Source: Podarcis erhardii (Eukaryota). Taken from it: a stretch of DNA of 64,000 nucleotides. The stretch lies in assembly GCA_964252035.1 (NCBI GenBank), contig OZ176200.1. One strand, 5' to 3'. Of the stretch, positions 35,074 through 48,272 are shown one piece after another; the first letter of the stretch is position 1, and every line of letters begins with the position of its first letter. Made by a program: the position numbers and the translations under genes. Under the pieces are notes generated by a model, which saw only the letters and a program-made list of their open reading frames with translations, made no database searches and had not been told where the DNA came from.

Positions 35074-35747
35074 GAATGGCTGCGCTTGCCTCACATACCT
35101 TTGTTATAAATAGAGATGGGCTGGTACTGAAACACCCCAAATGCCTTGGCTCCCCAAGAATACCACTAAATTGAAGCATCAGTTGATTGCTATAGTTTTT
35201 GATATGCAAGAGTGTAGATTGTAAGTTTGGTGCCCGGGAGCAGCCCCAAGTAAATGTACGTTATTAAAGGGACTATATATTTCAAAGAGGAAGGAAGAAA
35301 GGGGAGAGAATAAGTAAAGGGGGGAAACGCTAATTTTTAAATATATATGTGTGTGTGTGTGTAAGCTCTGGTCTTACTGAAATTATTTCTAAAATTATTA
35401 CAGTATTTTTATTTATGGGGCATGGGAATAACATTCATCCTTTGGTATTCATGAATTATTTTCCTGCCCTTCAGAAATGCCCTTCTGCCTGAACAATACT
35501 GTGCCAGTTTCTTTTTGGTTTGAAACATATTGATGTTTCTCCTTTCACAATAAAGTATTATGTCCAGCTCTTTTTGCAATTTCTGCTCTCCCCACCCCCA
35601 CCCCCAGTCATTCCACATGCCCATTGCACTCAGTTCCATGGCTCCTGTAGGTCCTCCTGTTTTGATTCTCACTTCTGCCAATTAGACACCATACTAACAT
35701 GCACATTTTTTCATAGCACATTTACTGGTTTTAATTAAAAAACCAGG

Positions 35748-35800
35748 GTTGTTGTAGAAGCAGAGTTGTTGTAGAAGCAGAGTGGGGTTGTAGAAGCAGA
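35748..35800 (+). repeat. Tandem triplication of GTTGTAGAAGCAGA-containing units
   Basis: Two identical 17-mers GTTGTTGTAGAAGCAGA plus a 19-nt variant. Confidence 0.9.
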
Positions 35801-38800
35801 GATTTCAAAAAACAAACAAACAAACAACTTTCTGACATCCTTTTGGCTTGTTTATTACATTCCTTGGTTTATCTCTAATGAATTTAGTTCTTGTCATCCT
35901 TTGTAACTAGTCACACAGCTTTCATTAATTTTTGCCCTCCCACACAGTTAGATTCAGATCTGAATGAGCTGCTCATGCAAAGAAAAGTATTTTTATGCAC
36001 CGATTGCTTTTGCTGTGTCAAAGTGATCACGTGTGGCGGGGGACTCAGTTATTGCTATGATCCAAAGTATAAATAAAAGAACAATATATATTGTTTCTAC
36101 AGTTCTGCATGTGAATGCACAAACCTTTGCACAAGCTATGTTCACAACTGCATAGGGTGGGATTTTCCATCTCAAAAGATCATCTTTCTGCTCTTGCTGA
36201 ATCCACGTGGCACAAAGCCTGTTTTTACATGCAGAAGTGTATCTTTATGTGTTGGCATTAGTCTTTTATGGCACCAGGAAGAGGAAAATCAAAAAGCGAT
36301 TGCCTGCAGAAACTGAAACTATAAGCAAGATGCAGGTTTGTTTTTTTTCAGAAACCTGGTGGGCACCTATTATAGATGCAAGGAACAATTTCTAAAAATT
36401 CAAGTTAGCTTCAGTTCAAAGGCACCAGGTTGCCCACCAGATTGAGGGGTTCTGGCATGCTTTGTACACGTGTGATGTCTTGCGTGGCACACACACACGT
36501 CATGTCACAGGCAATGCGCACTACGACATCATGACACCTGGAGGAGGCTGAGTGCTGTGGAGGAGCCAGCCACTGATGCTGCAAAATGCGACCCACTCAA
36601 CACTGAGAGGGCCCGACCCCATTCCAACAAATATTCAGGGTGCCAAAAACACGTCAGCCGCCTAAAGTTGGCACACCTTCAGTTTGACTTGTTTGACTTT
36701 GGCTTCAGTTTGACTGAAAATCAAAAATCCCAAAGTTCACTTCTGCATTGCTGCATGAACTAGAGCAGCATTGCAGGAGAATACATTTGTTCTCACAACT
36801 TGCGTTGAGTTTATTTGACATTGAGTTGAAAACCAATGAAATGGCTATGAATTGGTTGGAATGCATACTTAGAATGATAGTCTTTATTGTGGGATATATA
36901 TTTAGAGATTTTGTAGCCTATGGAGATTAGCAGTATTCCCCCAGCTTATTCTCTCTCCCACTGTAAGTAATACACATTATTAATTTTGTGGTTCCCGCCT
37001 TCCTGAAGACTTCAGCCTATAACAGAAGGTTAAATCATAAGTGGTTACTCAGTCATCAAACTACTTAACTTTCAGAAGGCCTCATATTTTTGGAAGGCAT
37101 CTAAATTCTTTCCTTAATACGTCCCAGCCTATCTCTAATTATATTTTCTCACAACGAAGTGTCTAATTAGGTCTAGAACTAGTACATAAAATTTAGCAAT
37201 TTCAATATCTTTCTTTACTGCAAGTTTAAATAGTTGTACAGATAGTTTATAAGCACAATATTTTAAGAATATAAGTGGCTGGTCTACTGGGCAGCCTTTG
37301 TGCCACTTCAATGCTAGAAATTTAAAAAAAATAAAATAAAACTTTTGTGGTTTACTACTATTTCTGTGGAATAATTATTAAGTCTTGACCTTTTTAAATC
37401 AACCTCATTTGGATGCATCTGAACCAGCAGAGCTGTGTTATATTTTCTATCTTTGCTAGAACTTCTTCAGAAGATGAGTGTTTCTTCAAACATGGTTACA
37501 ATTAACAATGCAGTGGTTAATTATGAAAACTAATATTCATCTCTCTCTTCTCCCCCCCACTTCACTTTCTGCAAAAACTGGTCTTTTGACTTAACATCTG
37601 TTGTTGTATCCTTCACAGGTTCCTATTTGCATTTGAAAGTTCCAAGTAACCTTATAATTAAAATCTAATTTAAATGCAAAAGTCCTGAAATTTCCATAAT
37701 TATATGGATTATGTAGAGGATGACATTCATATATTCAGTGGCTACGAAAAGCCATCAAATACTTTTTTGTGGTGGGGGGGGTGTAAAAAAGAAAATGATA
37801 ATTCAGCCATCATTGTCTTCCATTTGGTGATATTGCAGAATTCAGTAAATAAACCACGAACGCCATGCTCCTTTTTGCTTCTTTGAATGCAGTTGGTGTT
37901 ACCTCTACAATATGTGCCAGGAAATACAACAGGACACATGGTAGGAAAAGAAAATAGAGAGAATTATTTCTAAGCTGCTGTTAATCATACCCTTTTACTG
38001 TTGAATATCTTATGATGGTGTACACCGAAGTTACAAGTGATGGTAATCCCTTTCTTAAAAGGGGTCTCTTAGATACCTATCTCTTTCAGGCACTTACATA
38101 GTAGGTACAATAGAATTAGTAGAAAAGAGATTTAAACATCAAAGAGCTAATGAAATAGTTTATTTTTACATTGTGTCTTATGATTGAAAGAGTAATAGGG
38201 CCTACAAGGAACTGCTTTTATCAATAAAATACACCTTTGCCAAGAGGAAGTAGTCTTTAGTACTGTTTGATGGTTTTATCACAGAAAGCAATAGTAACAG
38301 ATACAGTTGCCTCCTAGCATTTTTATCAGTTTTGAAAATGTTGGGAGCAGGAATGGCCCTTCTAATCTCCTGCTACTATGATGGTGCAAAATAAGGTGTT
38401 AGAGATAATCTTGTTAATGATATTCCAGGTTTTAGGAACAACTTTTGTTTATATACTGTAATTTAAATAAATTGCATTTACATGCCTAGTTTCTGTAATA
38501 TTTGTGTATACAATACCAAAATCACACAAGATGTAAATTGTGTATAACTGCACAGACTCTATTCCCTGGGTGTCTGGGAACATTTTAAGTTTTAATTCAT
38601 ATATTATAAAATGACTATATGTGACTGTTGATTTACAGAATTTACATATCACAAAAGCTAACTATTTGTGGTACCTAAGTTAATAAAAGTGATTTTCTGA
38701 TTCTGAGTTCCTTTACAAACAAGCATTACCCAGTTGATCTGGCAATGACTCTGTGTATGAGCCTCTAATACTGATAATTTTTCCATTACATTTATTTTAT

Positions 38801-39989
38801 TTTCTAGATAGTAATGTTTCTCGCTATAGTTTGTGTAACAACTTGTGTTCATGTTATCTTTGTTGCTGTAATTTTTGTGCTTTAATTCCTCTTATTTCAA
38901 ATTGATGACAACAAAATCAAGCTCCTGTAACTTGCACTTTCCCTAATCCTTACTACTCTTGTATGGCAACCAAAATTACTGTAAGAAATAAATATAATAT
39001 TGCACTAAGGTTGTGGTTCTGATTACAAACAGTAAGAACAGTCTGAATCTTTGTTTTTGAAAAGAGTTGCCAAAACTTGCTGTTTAATATTTCTTTTTAA
39101 AAAACTGTTCCAGTTAGCTTTAATTTAGCTCCCACAAGATATCTGACTACTTATCATTATTGTGGAGTCCAAATCCGAATTTCAGATGAGAAATGTGTGT
39201 TGTAGAAATATGAGAGAACACACGTTTGTGTAAGGGTGATTTGAGTTCTTGCTTTGATGGATGTTTTAGCAATCTTTTTTCTCCCCTGATTGTAGTGATT
39301 TCAGTGTTCTGAGCTTCCCAAAGGACAATTAGTTGTCATTTCAGATGTTAAATCATTATAGTTTAGTGAAAGGCCCCCATGTTAAGGCACCTTACGAAAG
39401 AGACGCAAGGGCTGTGACTCAAAGGTTCTCACGTTCCTCACTGGGCTGCAAATAAGTAGCAGCGCCATTGCACAGAAGGCCCACCTCTGCTCTTCCCTCT
39501 CAGCGTGCTGACCGTGTGGAGGAGGAAGGGACTGCCTGCCCTATTAGACAAGAGATTTAACAGCAGACCATTTTGACGCCTTTATTCCAAGCATATCTCC
39601 TTTACCGTTTGCCTGATCCTCTTTAAAAGCCATTCAAGTTGGTGGCTGTCGCAGCCTCCTGCGCGAGAGTATTCCAAAGTTTAACTGTGTGCTGCATGAA
39701 GGCATTTTATGAAATGTGAAGCTAAATGAAGGCCTTTCCCGCTCCCCTTTTGTTCAGCAACCGTTTGCATATAGAGAATTATAGTCAGAAAGGGGAATCG
39801 GGAAACAGAAGCTTATTTCCTAACGCAGTTCAGGTGTAAGTGCGCTATGCTTCCATCACTCGTATTCTGCAATTGGAGTTCATCAATTCCTATGGAAGGA
39901 TTGCATTTCCCTTATCATGGGAAGAATGTTGAATATTCTAAGCTTTCTGTTTCTTCATTTGATTCCCCCCACCTTTTTTCCCTTTAAGT

Positions 39990-40125
39990 CAGATGTGGGG
40001 AACCTGAGGCCCCCCAAAAGATGCTGAACGCCAGTTTTCATCATCCTTGACCGTGGCCCATGCAAGGTGGAGCTGGTGGAAGTTTGAGGACAAAAACACT
40101 TGGGAGGCCACAGGTTTTGCTGTCC
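39990..40125. mobile_element. Degenerate hAT MITE inside the putative SHANK2 3'UTR
   Basis: GTGGGGAACCTGAGGCCC ... GGGAGGCCACAGGTT inverted ends, resembling the common lizard CAGGGGTGGGGAACCTGTGGCC family. Confidence 0.55.
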
Positions 40126-40867
40126 TTGGTTTAAATTCTGAAGATTCATGGAAGAAAATGCCTTAATGCAGTTATGAAATTTATGTTCCATAATAGATGG
40201 GATTTGGCTTTGTTTAGAGGTTTAGTTTTCTCCCATGCATGGGTTTCTGGTCAATGTCCATTGTGTCTGATATTCAAAGGATTCTGTAGCTTTGTTTTCT
40301 TCAGTGTTTAATTGTATTCAGTTATTCTAACTGCCAAGATACATGGATATCTTTATCTAGCTATAGATACGGTTATACCTGCACACATTATTATTTTGTA
40401 ATAATAATTATAAAACTAGCCTCGCACCATGCTATGGAATTACTAGTGCTGGGTATGGTTCCAGGTAGTAATTTACACATCTTTGTTAAAGCTTTTTCAT
40501 TCAGGAAACTGGTTAATTTCAAACATATTGCATTGGCCACCTTACAGGACAGAGTGAAGACTTGCATCAACAGGATAATACTCAAGAACAGTACCAGCAC
40601 TGACCATGAGTTATATACTGAAATTGTACATCAGAACGCAGTAAATACAAGGATGAAGTGCGGGCTTCGGACACTTTGAACCTGACTTGTACAAATCTTG
40701 TTACAAACTGTTGATCTTTTGATGAGAAATACCATTTCAACATCCATGTATTGTAGTTACAGTGCCTTGTATTCTGGATCCAGAAGTCCATCAGTGCACA
40801 GCTTAACAAAAAATTAAATTGCTAAATGTTGGGGGGGGAATCAAAACATTATTTTGCAGCCCTCTCT

Positions 40868-41167
40868 AATAAAGCTGTGACTTGATGAGTCACCAAAATG
40901 AAATAAAAAATTCAAATAAAATTGTGTTTCAGTTGTTTCCCAATAACAAATATGTACGACATCTGTTCAGTACGTAGGGATATAATTTCTGTACTTTTAT
41001 GCAGATCTTAATTTAACAGTGTACACGTCGCTGTTACGTATCAAACTCAAGCTCTTTACAGATAGATACGCTGACTCCTAGTGGCAATTGTTTGACAAGT
41101 CAGGGAACAATTTATATAAAGTTTTCAAACAATAAATTAAAAAGGAATCTTGTTTTTTAAAAATAAA
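40868..41167 (+). terminator. Cluster of five AATAAA polyadenylation signals (probable SHANK2 distal end)
   Basis: AATAAA at 40868, 40902, 40915, 41131 and 41162; GU-rich TTGTGTTTCAGTTGTTT follows 40920. Confidence 0.6.
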
Positions 41168-43162
41168 AAACACATTTATTTTACTAACCTATTATTTGAA
41201 CATATATATTTTAAAATTTTGTATTTTAATATAGCATTGAAGTAGGTTTGGAGAATAGTGCCCTAAAAGGCAACAGGTGCATCTTTTAAATAAATATATT
41301 TACAAGTTACAGAGCTATCGAAAAGGGGGGAGAATTAAAGGCAGACAAATCACCCAGTCAAAAGCCCAGGTGAGCTTGTGGCAACAGAGCAGAAGGTAGG
41401 TCCACATTTTTTCTTTTTTCCTTCCATCAGCTTTGTGGTTTCCATGTTGTTGTTTATAGTTTTTGTATTGCTCCCAATGGGAAAGGAAGTAAACTTGCTC
41501 CAGGGCCACTCTCTTCTGGGGGTCTGCTTGGGAGAAGGAAGGAGCTTTGGAAGGAGCAGATTAAAAGCCTTCCCTTACCCGCTCCAGTAATGCATTCATT
41601 TTGCCCTCTCCATTGTCAGCGTACTAGTGATGGTGGAGGGACAGTTGCAAGAGCTGGAGGATATGTCTGGGGCAAGCCTGCTCAACTCAGGGCTTTCCAT
41701 CCACGGAGGGAGAAATCCACAGTGTCCTATGGCCCCATGGGATGCTGTCCCAGAGACTAATAAGTTTGCAATTTAACTCTAATTGGTTTCAGTGGTAAGG
41801 TCCCAGCACGTGATTAAGAATCTCCTATTTAAATAAGTAGATGTGACATATTTAGAGCAAAATGCAGTTGGGAGCCTACTGATTTGGGTATATTTTTTTA
41901 AGAAAACAAGCTAGGCATAGGAGTGTGTGTGTGTGTGTGACATTTCCTGTTTTATGTTGTGAAAGAGAAGGGATGCAAGTCTTATTTAATTTTTATGTGT
42001 GTTTTTTTTATGTCAGTCTCCATTGTAGCAAGTTGCTATGCAGCAGGAAGGCCATTTTGTTTGTGGAAACATAATTTTCCAGAAGGTTGCTTAGGAGCAT
42101 TATGGTGGATGGATTTTTTAGTTGGAAATGGGGAATACTCAGTGGGATCTAGGTACTGCTTAGGGTAATTATGCAAGGGGCTTGTAATATCTAGCCCAAT
42201 GTTTGATACTTTACTTTGAAGGGAGTTTCAAAAGCAGCTTGCTATAGAGCATGGGTGCATAGCAAACTGGTTTTGAAACAGCTTGAGGGTCTATGATTCA
42301 AAGCAAAATAGCCTTTAAAAACTTCTGAGCAGGGTCATTGTTGTTTGTCAGATACAGGAAGCAGAGAAGGTGGCTTGGCTTAGGTAAGAATGTGTATGTT
42401 TATAACACTCCACATACCCACTTCCACAGGATCAGATCCATTAATCCAGTATTCAGATATCATAACAAAGTGCTTATATTTCAGATGCCATGCTTTCTTT
42501 AGGTTTGAAATGCTAGGAATATTTTCAGCACTCCCAACCTATGTGTGCATTTGATACCTTGCCCCTTTTCAATGGAGGGGGGAACATAGGAAAGAAGGGA
42601 ATCTTCTTCTGGTGGTGAGCAGAACATGTTGCTTTCCCCTAAAGATTAAGAAAGAATGGATGAGGAAAAAACTAATGAGATTCTTAGTGGCAACCCTCGT
42701 GGTCATTTTGATTTATTTATTTATTTCATTTATTGTATCCAAGGTAGTAGACATTTTCTCTCCTCTCCACAGGCCCCCCTTCACAAATATTGTGAGGTTG
42801 CTTAGGCTGAGATTACAACTGACCCAAGGTAAACCAGGGGTGGTGGTGGTTGTTTTGCTTTGTTTTTGTTGTTTTGACTAGGACATTATACTTAGTATCA
42901 CTTATATTTTATAATATAGAATCATAATTTACACTAATGGAATATTAGTTTAAATTTAAACAATAAGTCAAATGTGTACATAACATGTATTTGAACATGC
43001 AGTTCCTTTTCCACTGAACAGTTACAGTTATAGCAAACTGCCTCAAGGAGCACACAGCCCTATCTGGAACAGCTCGTTTCCATATATCTGTAATGTTGGG
43101 ATATGCTTATGCTGCAGAGTCTGTTTCTTTCTGCTTGTGTGTATTTTATAGGTGTGCATAGC

Positions 43163-43437
43163 CAGGGGTCAGCAAACTTTTTCAGCAGGGCGCCGGTCCA
43201 CTGTCCCTCCGACCTTGTGGGGGGCCGAACTATATTTTTTGGGGGGGGGAATGAACGAATTCCCAAGCCCCACAAATAAACCCCAGATGCATGCATTAAG
43301 CCCCACAAATAACCCAGAGGTGCATTTTAAATAAAAGGACACATTCTACTCATGTAAAAACATGCTGATTCGCAAGCCGGATTTAGAAGGCGATTGGGCC
43401 GGATCTTTTCCCCCAGGCCTTAGTTTGCCTACCCATG
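43163..43437. mobile_element. hAT (Charlie-type) MITE
   Basis: TIR CAGGGGTCAGCAAACT / AGTTTGCCTACCCATG; CATAGC on both flanks. Confidence 0.8.
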
Positions 43438-44559
43438 ACATAGCCTATATTTATTTGCATGTATAAGCACATTTGCTCTCCTGCATCTCATGCATTAGAC
43501 TAGCAGGAGCAGAAACAATGTTCCAGAATTGTGATTCCCAAATAAGCACCACTGCAGTACATAATCTTACATATAATCAAACTAACCCTATGCAGATTTA
43601 GATGTGCCCAAGCCTCCTGAAATTAAATGCCTGCATAGAATCAGGCAAAAGTATATAACTTTTTATAAAAACATCAACAAAATGAAATGTAACTAATGCT
43701 AGAAGCAATAGCTAAAGAGGCCACAATCCATTAGTGAGAATTTGACTGACAATGGGACGGATGAGCCAATCGCTACAGCAATTTGTTCTATCAAAGTACA
43801 AATTGTAGGGGAAAGTGGAAGAAAGTCTATGAAGTGCCATCCTTGTACTTTCTAGGAACCACTGGTCTGAGCATTTCAAAACACACCTGAAAACGTGCTG
43901 GGCTATTTTTATTCTGCTCTAATTATACAAGGAGATTGGACTGGAACCTATTACACTGTAATTTACAATGAGTTCCCCTCACTTATGCCATTCATGAACA
44001 AAATTAATCTCAGCTGTAAGCCTGACAGTTTGTTGGTGTTCTGGGTAGCCAATGAGCCTGCCCTGCTTCCAGTTACCTGAGAAGGAATTGGCAGCACACC
44101 AAACCACAGGGAATGTAGCAACACCAGCTGCTCCCCCAGCAGCCATGCCAGTTGTTTGTTTATTTGCTACACCGATATCCTGTCTTTCCTCCAGAGAGCT
44201 CAAGGCTGCATACACGGTTCTCCCTCATCCATTGTATCCTCAAACAAACAAACAAAACAAAAACCACCACAGTGAGGTAGGATAGATGAGACACAGCAGC
44301 TCAGGGAAGGATGCACCATGGGAGAATACCTTCCCACAGCTGTATATGGACAAAAAGAGCTGCACAACCAACCCTGCTGCTTTGAAACAACATGTGTTTT
44401 GCTTGCAGGAGATCCCAGGTGCAAAGCCTGGCTATGATTTCCTACTAAGAAAAGGCTGGGAGGTGCTAGAGCACAGGGACCACTGATGGCCTGGTTCTCA
44501 TATCGCCCAGGTTGGCTTTTAAGCATCATTCTAGCTACTTGCCTTGATGCCTGTGTCCT

Positions 44560-44825
44560 GCTCCCACTACCAGAGGCAATAGGCCTCTAAATATGAATTG
44601 CTAGGAATTACAACTGGGGAGAATGCTGCTAGGCGTGGTCTTCTGGTTGGCTGCTGGAAGAGCAGGAAGCTTGATTAGATGGGCCTTTGGCCTGATGTAG
44701 CAGAGCTCTTATGTTCTTATATAGTTTCTGTCCTATGTTTCCTGCACTGCAGGAAGTTAGACAAGATGACCCTCAAGGTCCCTTCCAACTCTGCATTTCT
44801 ATGATTCTGTGATGCTATCCAGCCA
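44560..44825 (+). mobile_element. Two adjacent CR1-type 3' ends
   Basis: ...TAGATGGGCCTTTGGCCTGAT..AGCAG..CTCTTATGTTCTTA, then AGATGACCCTCAAGGTCCCTTCCAACTC...TTCTATGATTCT (CR1 terminal octamer repeat). Confidence 0.75.
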
Positions 44826-47279
44826 CACCTTTCCTTTCTGATTTGCCTGGACCTGCTGGTCGTTGCCCAAACAAACACTGCTGCCCACATTCCCCTTCCA
44901 CCTCGTGCTATCTGACTACATCATTCTGCACAGGAGTAGTAACAGATTTGTGAAATGTCAAGAGCCTTCTCCCCTACCCTTTTATTTGTGGGGTGTGTTG
45001 GCCTTGCAGCCCTTTGGCAATCCATCAGCAGAGTCTCTGGCTGTTGCACATCCAAAATACTCCATCCCTGGAGACTTAGAGCAGATCCTAAAGCCCTCCA
45101 GACCATGCAACTGAAGCATTGGATTGCACTATAATTCACTTGTCATATTAAATCATCTTAAACCATCTGCTGAGAAGTCACTGGTCACGTAGCTGTTGAT
45201 TTAGACAATTCAAAAGCACTTTAACCAATTTTCATCCAGCAGTGCTGTTTATAAATTATTTACTCAACTGGTTAAAAGCATAACTGAAATCCGCTAATCA
45301 TTTGCTATCATTGATTTTAAAAGAGGCCAACATAATCACATTATGGAAGCTCATGTTTCTGCTTGGAAAGGTAGTGGTGCCAACTATGGACTTCCCTTCT
45401 CTTCTGCTAGCCCTGTTTACACTGTTCATTAGTAACTTTCATGTTAAAATCCAGTTTGCTTAATGTGTCTATTTATTGAATTAGTTTAGTTTTTCTGAGT
45501 GAAACAAAATGGCTTTGAATATGAGCCTGCTTTAACAGGGAGTAATTACTTTTATCCACTGAAACAGAAACATCTGAAGCAGAAATGGTTGGCTTGGGAA
45601 GCATTCGTTGCAGCCCAGTCTCCTGCTGACCAGCCTCAAGGGTTTCACTTTTGAAATCTGAAATTTCTTATTTTTCCTGGAGGGAAAAGGAAGTCTGCAA
45701 GGGAAAGAAAAGAATGGAGGAGCAAGATGTGCAAACCCACCACTGAGGTAGGTGCAAGCAGTCTCCAAACCATGATTCATTTCTCCCCAGTTCCAAACCA
45801 CATTTGAAAATTAAACACATTGGGTAGTGGATTCCCCAACCCCCACCCCTTAACAATTCTCCTCAGCCTCAAGGCTTTATATAAAATAAATTGGATGCAA
45901 GAACATTCTTCACCATCCCCTTAAATCTTGCCATCTGTGCAAGCTAAAAATAAAGTAGCAGCTTAAAGAGGGGCTTTATAAAATGCAGCACAGAAATGCC
46001 TTAAGATTGGCTGGACTCTCTCAAGAAAATAAAATTATGCTAGGTTACTCCCAGTGTTGAGCACCACAGCCAAGACTGCACTCTGTTTTTCTTCGCAGGC
46101 TATTGAAACCTTCAGAATTTTATTCTGTTAATGTGTAAAGGAGGGTGGGTCAGACCGAGTTAGTGGTTGTACTGGAAGAACACAAACAGCAGAGGGAGTT
46201 GTATTCACTCTTAACATAGAATGTAACAAAAACCTTTCCCCCAGGGAGCCTTTATTTTATTGGCAGTGCTAGCAAATAAAAGCAAGTTTGTGTTGAAACA
46301 GTTTAAAATTCCAGGGTCTTTACTAGTGAAGCCACATTTTTGGGATCTCAGCCTGCTACAATATGAGATTTATGTCTTCATAGCACTTTCTTCTATCAGC
46401 TAGGTTTTACAGGGTCTGGCTGTTTTCACTGACTATCCTTTCAAGTTTCAGGCTTCTGCAATCTTCAGAAGATACTATGTGTTTGTACATTTTAAAGGTA
46501 AGAAGAGGAACCTGTAATTGTAAAGATGCCTATCCTCAAAAATACCACCATCATGTCCCAAGAGATCATAATTACAGCCGTTCCTTTTCTACAGCAAACT
46601 CACTAGCTGGAATGCTGGCTAGGGCAAAAGTAACTGGTTAGGGGCCCATCCTGTTTGCCGCAAAAACTGCCCTCAGCCATGTCTGCTTTGCAGCAGAGAG
46701 TAGGAGCCAGAGCTTGAAAAGGTGACTTTGCATGTTAAATGTGTTGTTCTTGGCTTTAAAAAGCTTCCTATCCAGGCAGAACTATGACAGACGCAACAAG
46801 GGAGCATTGTATGTAATGGGTTTATTCTGCACAGCAGCTGCCACCAACTATCAGTAATACACCACAGACTTTCAAAAAATAGAGCAAGCTTTTTCAATAC
46901 AATAATCAGAGGACACAAACACAATCATGTTGTTGGTGGGTGATTCATATTGATTAAGCTGTCTGTAAGCTACCCCGCTGGTTTCCAAATTATTTATTTT
47001 CTCTCTTTCTCCCCCTGCTATCATTAAATCTGACAGAGATGAGGAATTCTCCCAAATAGGCAAAATGGACCCCAGGTTTTTCACAGAAGCAACCTAGGAA
47101 GCTTCATCAGGTAGAATAAATGAATTTACAGCTATACTGCCTTCATCCACCCCACAAAAAAAGTATATACCTTTAAAATATATTTACACAGGGGGTGTTG
47201 AAAATGACTTGACTTTAAGCCAAGCACAAATCCTCCATATATACCAGTTGTGAACCATTTCATAAATTACATAAGATGA

Positions 47280-47302
47280 ATGTGTGTGTGTGTGTGTGTG
47301 TG
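47280..47302. repeat. (TG)n microsatellite
   Basis: Directly visible. Confidence 0.95.
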
Positions 47303-47434
47303 TCCTTGTTGTATCATCAAGTCCGTCAATCCTAGCCCCCTGACAAGTGTACCAGAGTTATAGATTGGAGGGGGTATCACACCAACTGGTCAGTTTGTTC
47401 AGCCCTTGAGGGCTCTAGGGCCTGCTTCTCCATT

Positions 47435-47816
47435 TAGGTAAGGTAAAGGTAAAGGACGGTCAAGTCTGGTCAAAGGTGACCATGGGGTTGTGACGCTCAT
47501 CTCGCTTTCAGGCCAAGGGAGCTGGCGTTTGTCCACAGACAGCTTTCTGGGTCATGTGGCCAGCATGAGTAAACCGCTTCTAGTGCAATAGAATACTGTG
47601 ACGGAAACCAGAGCACATGGAATTGCAGTTTACCTTCCTGCTGCAGTGGTACCTACTTATCTACTTACACTTGTGTGCTTTTGAACTGCTAGGTTGGCAG
47701 AAGCTGGGACAGAGCAATGGGCGCTCACTCCGTCGTGTGGGTGCGAACTGCCGACCTGCCGATCAGCAAGACCAAGAGGCTCAGTGGTTTAGACCACAGT
47801 CCCCTTCACCGTCCCC
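47435..47816 (-). mobile_element. Sauria SINE (near full length)
   Basis: Reverse complement starts GGGGAC..CTGTGGTCTAAACCACTGAGCCTCTTGG..TTGCTGATCGGCAGGTCGGCAGTTCG and ends in a (ACCTTT)n tail; homologous to 54798-55124. Confidence 0.9.
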
Positions 47817-47829
47817 ATGTCTACACCAA

Positions 47830-48150
47830 GGCCACTTGCCATCTGAAAAAGCTCTGCTGGATAACACTGAGCCCTTTGATGTATTAGCTACACATTTTGC
47901 AGAGAAAGCAGCTCATATCCAGGCCAATTTAGTTGCCCTAGTGAATACAGAGCTAGAGATGGGTGGAATTACCACATTGATTATGCTGTACCCAAGGATG
48001 CAGACAATGTGCTCAAAGGTGTAAGGGTCTGCTTTGTGCTCCTTTGACCTTAAGAGTCCTTCCTGGATGGTGAAATCTGCTAGAATTGGGCTGTCCATGT
48101 GGCTTACCGATGGTTGTGGATGCCTCATTGAGAGTTGGAGTGACCAAGGC
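47830..48150 (+). mobile_element. L2 LINE fragment (pre-RT region)
   Basis: Remnants ATHFAEKAAHI (cf. HFADKI..I), PSWMVKSAR.GL, VVDASLRVG (cf. VVNASL..G). Confidence 0.6.
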
Positions 48151-48266
48151 TTTCTCACATACTCTGAGAGAGTTTTGTGTGTTTTTTAAAACTAGCTCAG
48201 TATGTGACAAACAGATAAAGCCTTTAAAGCACACACACAAACAGGCCCTGCAGATGGTTCCAAAAT

Positions 48267-48272
48267 TTTATT
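48267..48272 (-). terminator. CTTN polyadenylation signal (3'UTR ~48250-49892)
   Basis: TTTATT on + is AATAAA on -, followed on - by GU-rich TGTTTGTGTGTGTG about 30 nt downstream. Confidence 0.65.

Larger units (their letters stand above)
35074..41190 (+). other. SHANK2: Probable SHANK2 long 3'UTR (end inferred)
   Basis: AU-rich sequence with few large TEs, ending in a cluster of AATAAA. Mammalian SHANK2 has a multi-kb 3'UTR. A proximal AATAAA lies at 36072-36077. Confidence 0.55.
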
